Shown here: one piece after another, positions 37,766 to 50,087 of the stretch | Position numbering within the stretch: the first letter of the stretch is position 1 | Layout: every line of letters begins with the position of its first letter | Assembly (NCBI RefSeq): GCF_004010195.1 | Contig: NC_057720.1 | Span: 8,052,012-8,116,011, forward strand | Direction of reading: 5' to 3' | Length of the DNA stretch: 64,000 nt | From: Chiloscyllium plagiosum | Lineage: Eukaryota | Position numbers and translations under genes: made by a program | The notes under the pieces: model-generated | The model's input: only the letters and a program-made list of their open reading frames with translations | Databases searched by the model: none | Told to the model about the DNA's origin: nothing

Positions 37766-38094
37766 AGAGGTATTACTGTTTACACTGTTAATCCAGAAAC
37801 CAGGTTGGGGATCTGGGTTCGAATCTCACCACAGCAGATGGTGTAATTTGAGCTCAGTAAAATCTGGAAGTAAGAATCTAATGATGACCATGAATCTATT
37901 GTTTTTTGGTGGAAAAGCTCATCTCATTCACCAATGCCCTGGAAGGAAACTGCTGTCCTTACCTGACCAGCCTACATGTGACTCCAGGTCCACAGCAATA
38001 TAATTGACTCTTATCTACTCTCTGGGCAATAATTACCAGCCTAGCCAGTGACACCTTCATCCTGTGAATGAATATTTTTTTAAAAATCCAAGTA

Positions 38095-38430
38095 AATGCA
38101 GATAATAATTTTCCCTCTTGGAAGAGTTAAGGACCCGAGGACATAGTCTATAAATTAAGATGTGCCAATTTAAGACTGAGACAAGGAGGAATTTCTTCCC
38201 TCAGAGGGTTGAGAGTCTTTGGAACTCCTTGTCACAGAGAGCTATGGGGGCAGAGTCCTTGTGTATATTTAAGGCTGAGAGAAAGAGATTCCTGATCAGT
38301 CAAGGAATCGTGGGTACAGGAGAAAGGCAGGAAAGTGGATGTGAGGAATGTCGGATCAGCTCCAATCCTATTGAATGTTGGAGCAGGCTCAAGGAGCCAT
38401 AGGGCCTTTCCTGTTCCTATTCCTTATGGT
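38095..38430 (+). mobile_element. CR1 3' end
   Basis: FKTETRRNFFPQRVESLWNSL. Confidence 0.85.
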
Positions 38431-38565
38431 CTGACTAGATGTCTCTTTGTAGCAGTTTGCTAAGAAGACCATTAAGAGCTAGAATAATCCAACAGCAGCA
38501 GATTGGAAACTGTTGTGATAACAGCCACTGTATAGTCACTCAGGGAGATCACAGTCGTTTTGTGA

Positions 38566-39640
38566 GTTAGAGAGAGGTGGGAACCACAGAGTGCTTCAGT
38601 ACCTCCTTTGACTCCATTTTGATTTATCCCCTTCCCCAACCCCCTCACTTTTGATCGGTCACATTGCCCCTAACAGGCATTGCATGTAAATCTCTAATTG
38701 ATTGCATGGGCGATATACGGGGGGGGGGGGGGGGCAGTTAATAGTTAACAACAGCAAAAAAAAGTCAGGGCGAATTTGGTGGTGGGAAAGCCTTTTGGGT
38801 ATACAAACACTTCTGGATATAAGAGGAAAACAAAGCAGACCGGGTGGGGCTATTTTGAAATAAAAAAAACAGACCTCGTATAACAGAGGAAATAAAGCAG
38901 GTCGCAGACAAATGCTCTCAATGCCTTTAGAGAGAAATGAGCACTGTGGGGACACTGTGCTTTATTCACCCTCTGATTCCATTTTGATTTTGCTCCTTCC
39001 TGCTCGCCCTACCTCCCCCTCACTTTTAATAGTTTGCATTGACCTTAATGGGCTTTGCTTAATTGACTACATGGGTGATTTACTGGTGACAGATGATTGT
39101 TAAAAAACAAAATAACTCATCGTGATTTGATGGTGGAGAGAAAAAGCAGTTTTGTTTTGTATGATAGCACATCTGGATATTAAAAGAAAAGATAAAGCAG
39201 ACTGTGGTTTGGAGGAGTGTGGGCAGATTGGTGGAGCTCCTTAGGGTTTGCTTCTGGGCCTGGCCATGCTTGCTGGAAACAGATCCAGGCAGTGGACTGT
39301 GCTGACTGTCTGATCTCTTTCGTGGTTATGTTCCTGTCCTTGGAGAGGGAACACATGGTATTCATCAATGCTGGAGATGCATTTAGAAAGAGGTGGACAC
39401 CATGGGGGATACAATGTTTTACTTCCCTCTCTAGCTCCACTTTGGTTTAGCCCCTTCCTCCTGTCCATTCATTGCGATGGTTTACATTACCCACAATGCC
39501 TCTGCATTGTAAATGTCTAATTGGCTAGATTTACTGGATGTCGTCAGTGGATGGAAAAAATGTCATGATGATTTGGTGGTGGGTAAACCATTTGGTTGTC
39601 CAGATTTAGGAAGAGAAACAAAAGAAAATAAAGCATGTCT
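38566..39640. repeat. Three diverged tandem copies of a ~360-460 bp unit of unknown origin
   Basis: Colinear shared blocks ttagagagag, tccattttgattt, ctaattg, atttggtggtgg, aaagcagac; copies start at ~38566, ~38927 and ~39383. Confidence 0.75.
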
Positions 39641-40339
39641 AGGGTCTGCAGAACCATCCATCTCAGGTTGGGACTAGCCTTTTTTCAGTCTTTATTCAGT
39701 CACAGGATGAGGCATCCCTGTCCATTTATTGTCCATCCCTGATTGCCCAGAGAGAAGTTAAGAGTCAAACACATTGCTATGGGTCTGGAGTCATATGTAG
39801 TCCAAACCAGGTAAGGATGGCAGTTTCCTTCCCTAAAGGACATTAGTGAACCAGATGTGTTACATATGCCACAAGTAGAGTTCAACAATAATTGATGTTC
39901 CTTTCCAGCTGGGCTTCCTGGATCATTACAAAACTAAATTGTAATCTCCTGTGAGTATTTTGGACCATGAACATGATAGCAGGAAGACAGGAATCTGACC
40001 AGGAGACATACTTCCATTTTCTCATTTCGAGAATGCACAGGGAAAGCATTTAAAAGCAAGTTTCAATGCTAGTCTGTTTGTGCGAGCAGGCTGGAGTGCT
40101 TGAGTGGGCTGAGATATTCACGTGTAACCAGTCTGGATTTCAGTACTAGTTTTCTGTGAAATTCACAGCTGAAAACCATCAACTTGTCACCCCTCTATTG
40201 CAGGTAAAAGACTCTTTAACTCCTAGTGCTTGAAGTCAGCCAACAATTTTGGATCTGATAGTGAGGGAAAATTAATCATTTATTATTAGACAAACAACAT
40301 GAATTGAGGAACCGTATCCAATGACTGATTTTGACACAA

Positions 40340-41360
40340 AGGAGGGGCTGAAGTATTGGTATGGAATGGGTCAGAGTGGTTCGGAGTCACATGGAGTCAT
40401 TGGTTCATTTGAAATGTTGATATGGGAATAGGAGATGTGTTTGATGGTGGCATCATACTGGAGATGCAGAAATGGCAGAGGATGATTTTTGAATATGAAT
40501 GTTTGTGGTCGAATGTAAGGACAAGGGGAAGCCTATGGAGGGTTTGGCAGGGAAGAGATGACTGGCAAGTGTAGGAAGTAGATAGGACAGAGATTAGGAT
40601 CCTGTATACCACAATCAGGCATGTTCCTCAGTTGAGCAAAAAGGAAGCCATGTCAGAAGTATCAATAGAGATATAGAAAATAGGAGCAGGAATAGATAAT
40701 TCATCTCTTCAAACTTGTTCTGTCATTCAGTATGATCATGGCTGATCATCCAACTCACTACCCTGTTCCCTCTTTTGTCCCATACCCTTTGATCCTTTTA
40801 GCTCTAAAGCTATATCTAACTCCTTCTTAAAAACATTCAATGTTTTGGCCTCAGCCTCTTTCTGTGGCAGAGAATTCCACTGGCTTACCACTCTCTGGGT
40901 GCAGGAATTTCTCCTTACCTCAGTCTTAAATGACCTACCCCATACCCTTAGACTGTGACCACTGTTTCTGAAGATCTTGGTGCTATCAACGTCGAATGTA
41001 TCATAAAATTCAGTGTGATGGAACTACGAGAATGAAATGGAATCTAGTAGGATGTGAGGAAGTGTAATCATTGCAGCAATGGGAGCAAGGAAAAATCAGA
41101 GATGGATCAGATAAACTCGAGAAAATGGTGAAAATTGGAAACAACATTGTTGAATTTTTCACTTAGCGGATGAGAGCAGGAATCATCAATAAACCAGAAC
41201 AAAATGGAATAGGGCCTTAAGTTCTGAAGAAGAATCATACCAGACCCAAAGCATTAACTCCGTTTCTCTCTCCATAGATGCTGTCAGATCTGCTGAGTTT
41301 CTCCAACACTGTCTGTTTTCACCTCAGATTTCTATCATCTGTAGTGTTTTGTTTTTAGTA
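40340..41360. mobile_element. Old Neptune-type PLE remnant (-) with an inverted 3' arm at 41221-41360, interrupted by a CR1 3' end (40670-40970, -)
   Basis: Decayed similarity to 23650-24190; hammerhead remnant gttCTGAAGA at 41221. Confidence 0.55.
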
Positions 41361-41802
41361 CTAGTGTCTATGTGGCTATTCACAGCCACACTTATTATTT
41401 AGAAAGAAGATCATTTCATGGTCTCCATTATGGAGACCAGCTTTCAATTCCAGATTTTCATGCATTGTAATTCAATTCAACCAGTTGCTTATGATGGGAC
41501 TTGAACCTGTATCTCCACAATGTCAACACAGGATTACTGGTCTCATGACACTACTTTTAAATAAAGTTGTAATGGTCTGCTGAAGAGTGCAAAGGCACCA
41601 CCCAATATAATACTATCATACAGACTCATGACGGAGAACAGAATTGGACATTGAAGGAGTAAGACTCCCTCATAGTCTTAACACTAATGTCTATCACATC
41701 AATGTAACTTGTAACTCCTTTCTATGATGCAATAAACTGTATCTTGTTTATATACAAGTCTTGTCTTGCTAGACTACCAAATGGGTTATTTCCATGACAT
41801 AA

Positions 41803-42095
41803 TCATAGAATTCCCACGCTACAGAAGCAGGCCATTTAGCCCATTGAATCTACACCAAACCTCCTAAGAGCATCCCATCCAGACCCATCCCCCTACCCTA
41901 TCACCCTGCATTTCCCAAGGCCAATCCACCTAACCTGCACATCCTTCAACTGTGGGAGGAAACCGGAGCACCTGGAGGAAATCCACGCAGACATGGGGAG
42001 GACATGCAAACCCCATACAGATAGTCACCCAAGGGTGAAATTGAGTCCCTGGCACTGTGATGTGGGTAGATGCTAGACTTTTAGACCACTGTGTA
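41803..42095 (-). mobile_element. HE1-type SINE
   Basis: V-domain ctgtgggaggaaaccggagcacctggaggaaatccacgcagac. Confidence 0.85.
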
Positions 42096-43339
42096 GAAAG
42101 AGGATGGTGGAGGCTTGTCAGGTGGATCTGACACCACCTTGAACGGTGGTCAGGATTCATCATACAACAGCCACAGTGTCATTGTCTCTATTATATCAGT
42201 ATGATCATGCCCACATGTGAAGGAAAGGACTGCATGCATTGCTGTCTCAAACTGTCGATCAGGATTGCACAGCAACGACTGTTCAAATCCAGTGACAAAG
42301 CTTCGCGTGGGGTGCAGGCAATCTGAGAAATACCCCTCACTGGCCACCTCACCTCAATAGCTCAATCCTCGAGGAGAGGCAGGAAATATATTCTGAGTCC
42401 ATGAGAAAAATCAGGTCAGGTTAAACAATGATTAGCAAAGTGCCTCCTTCATCCCCTTGCAGTGACTGGTCTGTGAGTGAGGGAGTTGGAGAGGGCTGCC
42501 ATGGATGTGCACCCTAACTTAACAGGGAACTGAATGAAGTTCAATCATTCACATCCGACCCGTGTCAGTGAACAATTCAGCTGCAGCTATGATATGGGCA
42601 AGAATGAGCTATTACATTCCACACCTCACACTCACCTCCCAAACATGCCCTCTGCCACTTCATTCCTCCGCAAAGTGCATGTAACGTCCTGACCTAAAAA
42701 AAACAATAGCATTGGATGATCAAAAGGTAATTGTTTCAGTTGCAAATGGTCCAGGAGCACAGGCATGATTGAAAGCTCCTGGTAACTGCTCTCCAACTGT
42801 GAAGTGTTGGCAGATCACTGGCAATCCTTTATGGCAGCCCCAGGGTAAAACAATGCTCAGTGAAACCAGATTGACAGTTCCTGCATACCACAAGTTACGG
42901 CGGGCTTTGAAAATGAGGTTGAATGTCCCAAAGATACAATAACATTTGTTTCCTTTCACTTTTGAAATGCTCCTTCACGTTATGGCCCCCCGTCGCTCTC
43001 TCCAGTCACTAGACTTGGCGTGTCAGCTGGGAGGCCTAGTTGATTAAGGTTTTCAGGCATCTCTCCAATGAAGTCACCATTCTGAACTCTTCCTTTCATT
43101 TCCCGCTTCTCTCGAATTTTCTCCGATGAGCCCTGAAGGCATTTACTCTCACGCAGGTACAGGGTGACATTCTATTGATTTGTGCACGGAAACCCTGGTG
43201 GCCTGTGCTGGCACAATGAGTCCAGATGACTGAAGGTGGTAACATTGGCACAATAGGCCCATCCATCCATTCCAGCTGCATTGTTTCATCTCCCTCGCTC
43301 TCCTTTTCATCATTTTTTTCTTTTTCTTCTTTTCTACAG

Positions 43340-43832
43340 CGAATGTTTCCCACGCTGATTGCAGGGATGGTGGGACTGACATATGAGGAGAGACTGACTG
43401 TGTTAGGATTGTTTTCACTGGAGTTCAGACGAATGAGGGGGGCATCTTGCGGAGACTTATAAAGTTCTAACAGGACGAGACAGGGTAGACGCAGGGAGGA
43501 TGTTGCCGATGGTGGGTTTGTCCAGAACCAGGGGTCACAGTCTGAGGATTTGGGGTGGACCATTTAAGATGGAGATGAGGAAACATTTTTTCACCCATAG
43601 AGTAGTGAGCCTGTGGGATTCATTACCACAGGAAGGAGTTGATGCCAAAACATTGAATGTATCCAAGAGGCGGCTGGATACAGCACTTGGGGAGAATGGG
43701 ATCAAATGTTATGAGGAGAAAACAAAATTAGGCTATTGAGTTGGACGATCAGCCATGACTGTGATGAATGGCAGAGCAGGCTCCAAGGGCCGAATGGCCT
43801 CCTCCTGCTCCTATCTTGTATGTTTCTATGTT
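43340..43832 (+). mobile_element. CR1 3' fragment
   Basis: GMVGLTYEERL..LGLFSLEFRRMRG and PFKMEMRKHFFTHRVV. Confidence 0.9.
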
Positions 43833-44146
43833 TCATTTTCATGATGTCGCTGGTAGACTGGACCAGAGCATGGACACCTGGAATTGGCGGTGAGGCATCA
43901 ACTACCTGGATGATGGAGCGGGGACCTCTGGTTGCTGTAGGTCCAGAGCAGGGATCTTGCGTAAGTCTCTGAACTGCGATGAAGCCGATGAAGATGTACT
44001 CTCTTTCTCTTTATTGTTTTGTACCTCAAAATAGTGCCAGACTGTGCGGACAGGACACTTTTCACTGTCTATGGGTGACAATTAGTCATTCATTAACTCA
44101 TTAATTCATTCGTCATAAGAACTACGGGCGCTGCTCGGCATTTTAT

Positions 44147-44463
44147 TGTGGCATGGTGGCTCAGTGGTTAGCACTGCGGCCTCACGGCACCAGGGTCCCA
44201 GGTTCGATTCCAGCCTTGGGCAACTGTCTGTGTGGCGTTTGCACATTCTCCCTGTGTCTGCGTGGGTTTCCTCCGGGTGCTCCGGTTTCCTCCCACAATC
44301 CAAAGATGTGCAAGTCAGGGGAATTGGCCATACTAAATTGCCCATAGTGTTAGGTACATTAGTCAGAGGGTAATGGGTCTGGGTGGGTTACTCTTCGGAG
44401 GGTCGGTGTGGACTGGTTGGGCCGAAGGGCCTGTTTCCACACTGTAGGGAATCTAATCTAATC
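44147..44463 (+). mobile_element. HE1-type SINE, full length
   Basis: Head, V-domain and (AATCT)n tail. Confidence 0.9.
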
Positions 44464-44904
44464 AATATCTATGATTTTTGTGTGTGCGCAATAAGTCGGC
44501 CAGTGAGTGTTTCTTTGCTGCTTAATTCCATCTCTTTGACTCACTCCCTTCATCCAGTCAGACTGTCACACTGCAATCTGTGCATCCTTGCTCCTGCTGC
44601 ACAGTGATGATAACACCACCTGGAACACAGAAGAACTGTGACAACATTCACATTTAGAAGCATGTTGCAGTCCAGAGCTATGGATATTGATGGGAGAGGC
44701 ACCAATGCTCTTATATCACGTGTGTACCTGGATATCTCTCATGCTCTCACCATTGCTTCATGTACAGCGGAGGTGATGGCCTCATGGTATTACCATGAGA
44801 CTATTAATCCTGAAACCTCAGGTAGTGTTTGAGGAGTCCAAATCCTGCCATGGCAGCTGGTGGGATTTGAATTCAACAACAAAAAAAAAGTCTTGAATTA
44901 CGAA

Positions 44905-45935
44905 TGTTGTCAGGGCCCACATGCATTGCCTCCAACCATTTCTTCATGTCACATGAAATGAACTGAATTGGCTGAAGAATGGCACCGTGATGCTGGGTCC
45001 ACGAGAGAACGCCAAGGTAGACCATCCATTCGGCACTTCTGACTGAAGTTTGCTGCAAATGCTTTAGCCTTAGCTTTTGCATTGACGTGCTGGGTTCTCT
45101 CATCATTGAAGATGGGGATATTTGTGGAGGCTTCTCTTACAGTGAGCTGCTTTATTATTCACTACCATTCATGACTGGATGTGAGCAACCTGATAGCTGA
45201 AATCTGATTTGTTCATTATGGGATTGCTTGGCTCTGTCTATCACGTGCTGCTTATGCTGTTTGTCACGTGAGTAGTCCTGTTCAGTAGCTTCAATAAGAG
45301 ACAACCTAACCACCCTTCTTGATGTTCAATGTTACCATCACTGAATCTCCCACCATCAACTTCCTGAGGGTTACCATTGACAAAAAATTCAACTGGACTC
45401 ACCATGTAAATACAATAGCTACAAGAACAGGTCAGAGGCCAGGAATACTGAGGCAAGTAACTCACCTTGTGACTTCGATCTACAAGTCACAAGTTAGGGG
45501 TGTGATGGAATACTTTTCATTTGCCTTCTCCAGCAACAGTCAAGAGAAGCTTACCACTATCCAGGATTGCTTGCTTGACAATACATCCACATCATGAATC
45601 ACCGTTGCTCAGTAACAGCAGTGTGTGCTTTCAAAAAGATGTACTGCAGAAACTCACCAAAGATCCTCAGACAACTCCTTCCAAACCCACAACCACTTCC
45701 ATCTAGAAGGACAAAGGCAGCAGATACATGGGAAAACCACCAACTGCAAGATCCCCTCCAAGCCACACACCATCCTGACTTGGAAATATATCACCGTTCC
45801 TTCAGTGTTGCTGGGTTAATATCCTGGAACTCTGTCGCTAAGGGCATTATGATTCTGCAATGGTTCAAAGTGGCAGTGATGACAGGGAATAAGTAAATGC
45901 TGACCAACCAGCGACATCCACATCTCATGCAATTT
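44905..45935. mobile_element. LINE family B: minus-strand internal ORF2 piece (44905-~45310) abutting a plus-strand 3' piece (45319-45935)
   Basis: Minus strand: LQPIQF..DMKKWLEAM..GPDNI. Plus strand: ESPTINFLRVTIDKKFNWTHHVNTIA..IYKSQVRGVMEY. Confidence 0.8.
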
Positions 45936-45944
45936 AAAGAAAAA

Positions 45945-46885
45945 ACATAAAATAATGCAACAGGAGTGGACCATTCAGCCCTTAGAACTTGCTCCACCAT
46001 TCACTATGATCACGGCTGATCATCCAGCTTAGTATCCTGTTCCCAATGTCTCCCCCTATCCTTTGATCCTTTTAGCCCTTAGAACTATGTGTAATTCCTC
46101 CTTGAAAGCATTCAACATTTTGGACCCAATCTTTCTATGGCAAAAGATCCACAGGCTCACCCCTCTCTGGGAGAAGAAATATCTTCTCCTCTCAGTCCTA
46201 CCCGTCTCCTTAGACTGTAACCCTCTGGTCCTGGACTCTCTAGTCATCCTTCCTGTGTTTAACCTGTTGGTCATTGCTAGAGAGATGGAGTTTAAAAGCA
46301 GGGAGCTTATGCTGCAGCTGTATAGGGTGCTGGTGAGACCTGGAGTACTATGTGCAGTTTTGGTCTCCTTACTTGAGAAAGGATGTACTGGCACTGGAGG
46401 CGGTGCAGAGGAGGTTCACAAGATTGATTCTGGAGTTGAGGCGGTTAGCTTATGAGGAGAAATTGAGTGGACTGGGACTATACTCATTAGAATTTAGAAG
46501 AATGAGGGGGGATGTTACAGATACATATAAAATTATGAAAGGAATAGATAAGATAGAAGCAGAGAGGTTGTTTCCACTCATGGGTGAAACTAAAACTACA
46601 GGGCATCATGTAGGGGGAGCAGATGTAGGGCTGAGTTGAGGAGAAAATTCTTCACCCAAAGAGTTGTGAATCTGTGGAATCCCCTGCCCAGTGAAGCAGT
46701 TGAGGCTACCTCATTGAATATTTTTAACACAAAATATATAGATTGTTGAACTGTAAAGGATTTAAGGGTTATGGTGAAAGGTCAGGTATGTGGAGCTGAG
46801 TCCATGAAAAGATCAGCCATGATCTTATTGAATGGCAGAGCAGGCTCGAGGGGTCAGACGGCCTACTCCTGCTCCTAGTTCTTAT
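45945..46885. mobile_element. Two CR1 3' fragments, head to head (45945-46260 minus; 46265-46885 plus)
   Basis: QFWSPYLRKDVLALEAVQRRFTRLI on the plus strand; a CR1 3'UTR on the minus strand. Confidence 0.85.
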
Positions 46886-46970
46886 ATCATTAAAATCTTA
46901 TGTTCTTACAAATGTATCTCCCTTGGGCATCAAATCCTGGAGTGGGACACAAACCTGGAGCTTCTACTAC

Positions 46971-47178
46971 TGAAAAATGTGTTGCTGGAAAAGCGCAGCA
47001 GGACATGCAGCATCAAAGGAGCAGGAGAATCGACGTTTTGGGCATAAGACCTTCTTCAGGAAGGGCTTATACTCAAAACATCGATTCTCCTGCTCCTTTG
47101 ATGCTGCCTGACCTGCTGCGCTTTTCCAGCAACACATTTTTCAGCTCTGATCTTCAGCATCTGTAGTCCTCACTTTCT
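46971..47178. mobile_element. Small PLE-derived foldback element
   Basis: Near-perfect inverted arms; 17-bp TSD CCTGGAGCTTCTACTAC at 46954-46970 and 47179-47195. Confidence 0.92.
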
Positions 47179-47589
47179 CCTGGAGCTTCTACTACCCCAG
47201 TATGCCATAAGACCTCCAATAATTTTATGGTACAGAGGCCATTCAGCTCATTGCTACTGTGACAGCTCTCTGAATGACTTCTCTATTTGATTCACTGCCT
47301 ATATCCTTGAATATAATTCTTCATTCACTTTTCATGTAACACTCTCTTAAGTGCTGTGATTGACTTGGTTTCAATGGTCATTTGTGGAAATATATTTCAT
47401 ACCTTAAGCACACCATGTGAAAATGTTTATTTGAGAAATTCTCTTGCTGCTTTGACTAAAGGTGTTTGTTAGCAATATGCCAATAAAAATAATTTTTCAT
47501 TATTTATCCTCTCAAAATGCTTTAAAGACTTGCACTAATTTATCCCTTAACTGCTCTCACTTGCTCTCACTTTCAAGTCTTTGATTACT

Positions 47590-47903
47590 ATTGAACTGCC
47601 CTTTTGATCTGTCCTACCTGTCCATCTTCCTTCTCACCTAGCTGCTCCACGCTCCCCTCTGACCTATCACCACTCCCCACCTGTATCTAGGAATGGCCTT
47701 CCCAGCTATCTTTCCTCCCCCACCCCCACCTCCCCTCCTATTTATTTCTCAGCAAACTCCCACCACTCCCCGCCCGGGACATTCCTGATGAATGGCTGAT
47801 GCCCGAAATGTCGACTCTCCTGCTCCTCGGATGCTGCCTGACCTGCTGTGCTTTTCCAGCGCCACTCTAACTCTTCGGCATCTTCAGTCCTCACTTTCTC
47901 CTA
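47590..47903 (+). mobile_element. Neptune-type PLE 3' end with hammerhead
   Basis: attcCTGATGAatggctgatgcccGAAATGTCgact and terminus gcagtcctcactttctcc-like. Confidence 0.8.
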
Positions 47904-49849
47904 CTATTGCAGCCAGGACTTTTGAGAAGTACCCTTGTGCTGTGATTTATCATGGTTTCTGCACCAATTGGAACTAATGTCAAATTTCCTGAAAACATGG
48001 CAGGTCTACCATGGAGAGTAAAATAATAGTCTGTAAGATCAAGCACAGTAAGTGTGAATAAATGCTTGCCCAAACTCTTAGAACCACGTGCCTTTATTTC
48101 ATTATGACACAGATGAAGATAATTAAATTCAAGTTTTAACATCTGTGGTGATGGGAATCAAATCCATGTCCAAACTATCGCTCAGTGACAGTTACCTGGG
48201 ATTCTGGATTACTGGTCCAGTGATTAGGTTACTACTTTATCAGCATGTCCACTTACGACTTGGGACTAAATGGGCCAACACAGTCAAGGGCACAAGGGGT
48301 CATCGTTTTAGGATAAGGGATGGCAGAATTAAAACAGAGATGAAGAGAAATTACTTCGCTCAAAGGGTTGTTAATCTGTGGAATTCACTACCCCAGAGTG
48401 TAGTGGGTACTGGGTTATTGATAAAATTGAAGGGGAAGGTAGACAGAATTAGTAATGGGAAGGGGGCAGGAAAGTGGGGTGGAAGCCGAGATGAGATCAG
48501 CAATAACCATATCAAATGGTGGAGCAGGCTCAAGGGGCTGAATTATCTACCATTATGAGAGCAAACTGTTCGATAACTATCTGGCTTAACTTTATCTTTG
48601 TAGTAATTTTAATAACGGTGTCGGTATAGGGAGCGGGCCTTATGTTGGTGCAAATGCTTGAACATATTTCACCTGCAACACTCTTAATGGTGAAAAAAGC
48701 TGAACTTATTAAAATCAAGAGTGGTACTGTTGATTTATGAAAAGTCAACAGAAAAAGTTGTGTATAATTCAGTTTATTTCAGTCTGCACTGAATTATCAC
48801 TTGTGGATAATGAGAGAGGAAAGATCAAATATTTTATTGCCAGGGCAGTGGAAGATATCTACAATAATTCTCCTTCACCACAGAAGAATAATTTCCTGTT
48901 GTTCCAGCTGAAAAATTTGGGGTGGAAATTAAACTGTCCTAATACCCAATGGCTTACACTCCCAGGAGCCATTGAACACCGACAATTGAAACTGACATTG
49001 TGGGTCACAGCGGTTCAAGAAGGCAGCTCAATACCATCTTCTCAAGGACATTTCGGAATGGGAAATAAATGCTGGCCCAATCAGCAATGCCCACATCCCA
49101 TGTGCGAATAAAAACAAAAGTGCAAGGAAGAGACAAAATGTGATGTGTCGGGGATTTAGGACCCTGCAGCTGCCTTGCAATGATGTCATGCAGCTGCTCC
49201 TCACTAGATATAAAGAGCAGAATGGATGGAGTTCAGTCAGAGGGGACTATCACATGGTGTGTTAGATAGAAGTCTAAAGTCTAGCCATGTCAGTGTTAGA
49301 AACATGTGCAAAGAAGCATGTGGAGTAGACCAACTTGAATTCAATGTTAGCGTTAATAGACTTTGAATTACAATAAGATTAGAGCTGTACATATCTCAGA
49401 ATGCAATGTAATAAGTATTAAGATGTTAACTTATCACTGTATTAAAGTCTGAAGACAGTTTTTGACCTTACCTCTTCCTATCTGTCTTGAAAGCAAACTC
49501 ATGGATATAAACTTAAAACCACACAGCAAATGAAAATACTCTTTTTTTAAAAAAATCATTTGCAGGATCTGGGTTGTGCTGGCTCGACCAGCATTTATGC
49601 CCATTCTTAACTGCCCAAAGAGCAGTTTCATGATCAGTATTAAATTCTTAATTGCAGAATTTAAAAAAATTGAATTCAATTTCACTCTATGCCATTTGAA
49701 CCCAGATCCTAAGAATATTACCTGGGTCACTGGATTAGATAGTCTAGCAACAATGCCATTCAGCGAATGCCTTCCCTGACTCATATACTGGTCCCAGAGG
49801 TGAGTGCATTGATGTAAACCAACTGTGAAAAAAAACCATGACGACTAAG

Positions 49850-50087
49850 TGTCATGATAGACAAGCAGGAGGCTGGAGGAAGACAGCAAGCCAGGCAGCA
49901 TCAGGAGGCTGGGAGAACACAGCAAGCCAGGCAGCATCAGGAGGTGGAGAAGTCGACATTTCAGCTAGAATCCTTCTTCAGGAAGAGCTCTGATGAAGAG
50001 TCATCGAGACTCGAAACATTAGCTTGCTATCTGTCCCTGGATGCTGTTTGACCTGCTGTGATCTCCAGCATTTGTTGATTTCAGTAG
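49850..50087. mobile_element. Head-to-head fusion of 3' ends from two different PLE families
   Basis: The left arm (-) matches the 16275-16365/26720-26795 family. The right arm (+) has hammerhead gctCTGATGAagagtcatcgagactcGAAACATTagc at 49987-50023. Confidence 0.65.

Noticed and set aside
39180..39468. Overlapping short ORFs in the tandem unit
   Set aside because: The frames are not preserved in the other two copies and no protein is recognisable
49139..49372. TG...CA-bounded segment with a TATA-like motif, possible solo LTR
   Set aside because: End point ambiguous and no TSD found
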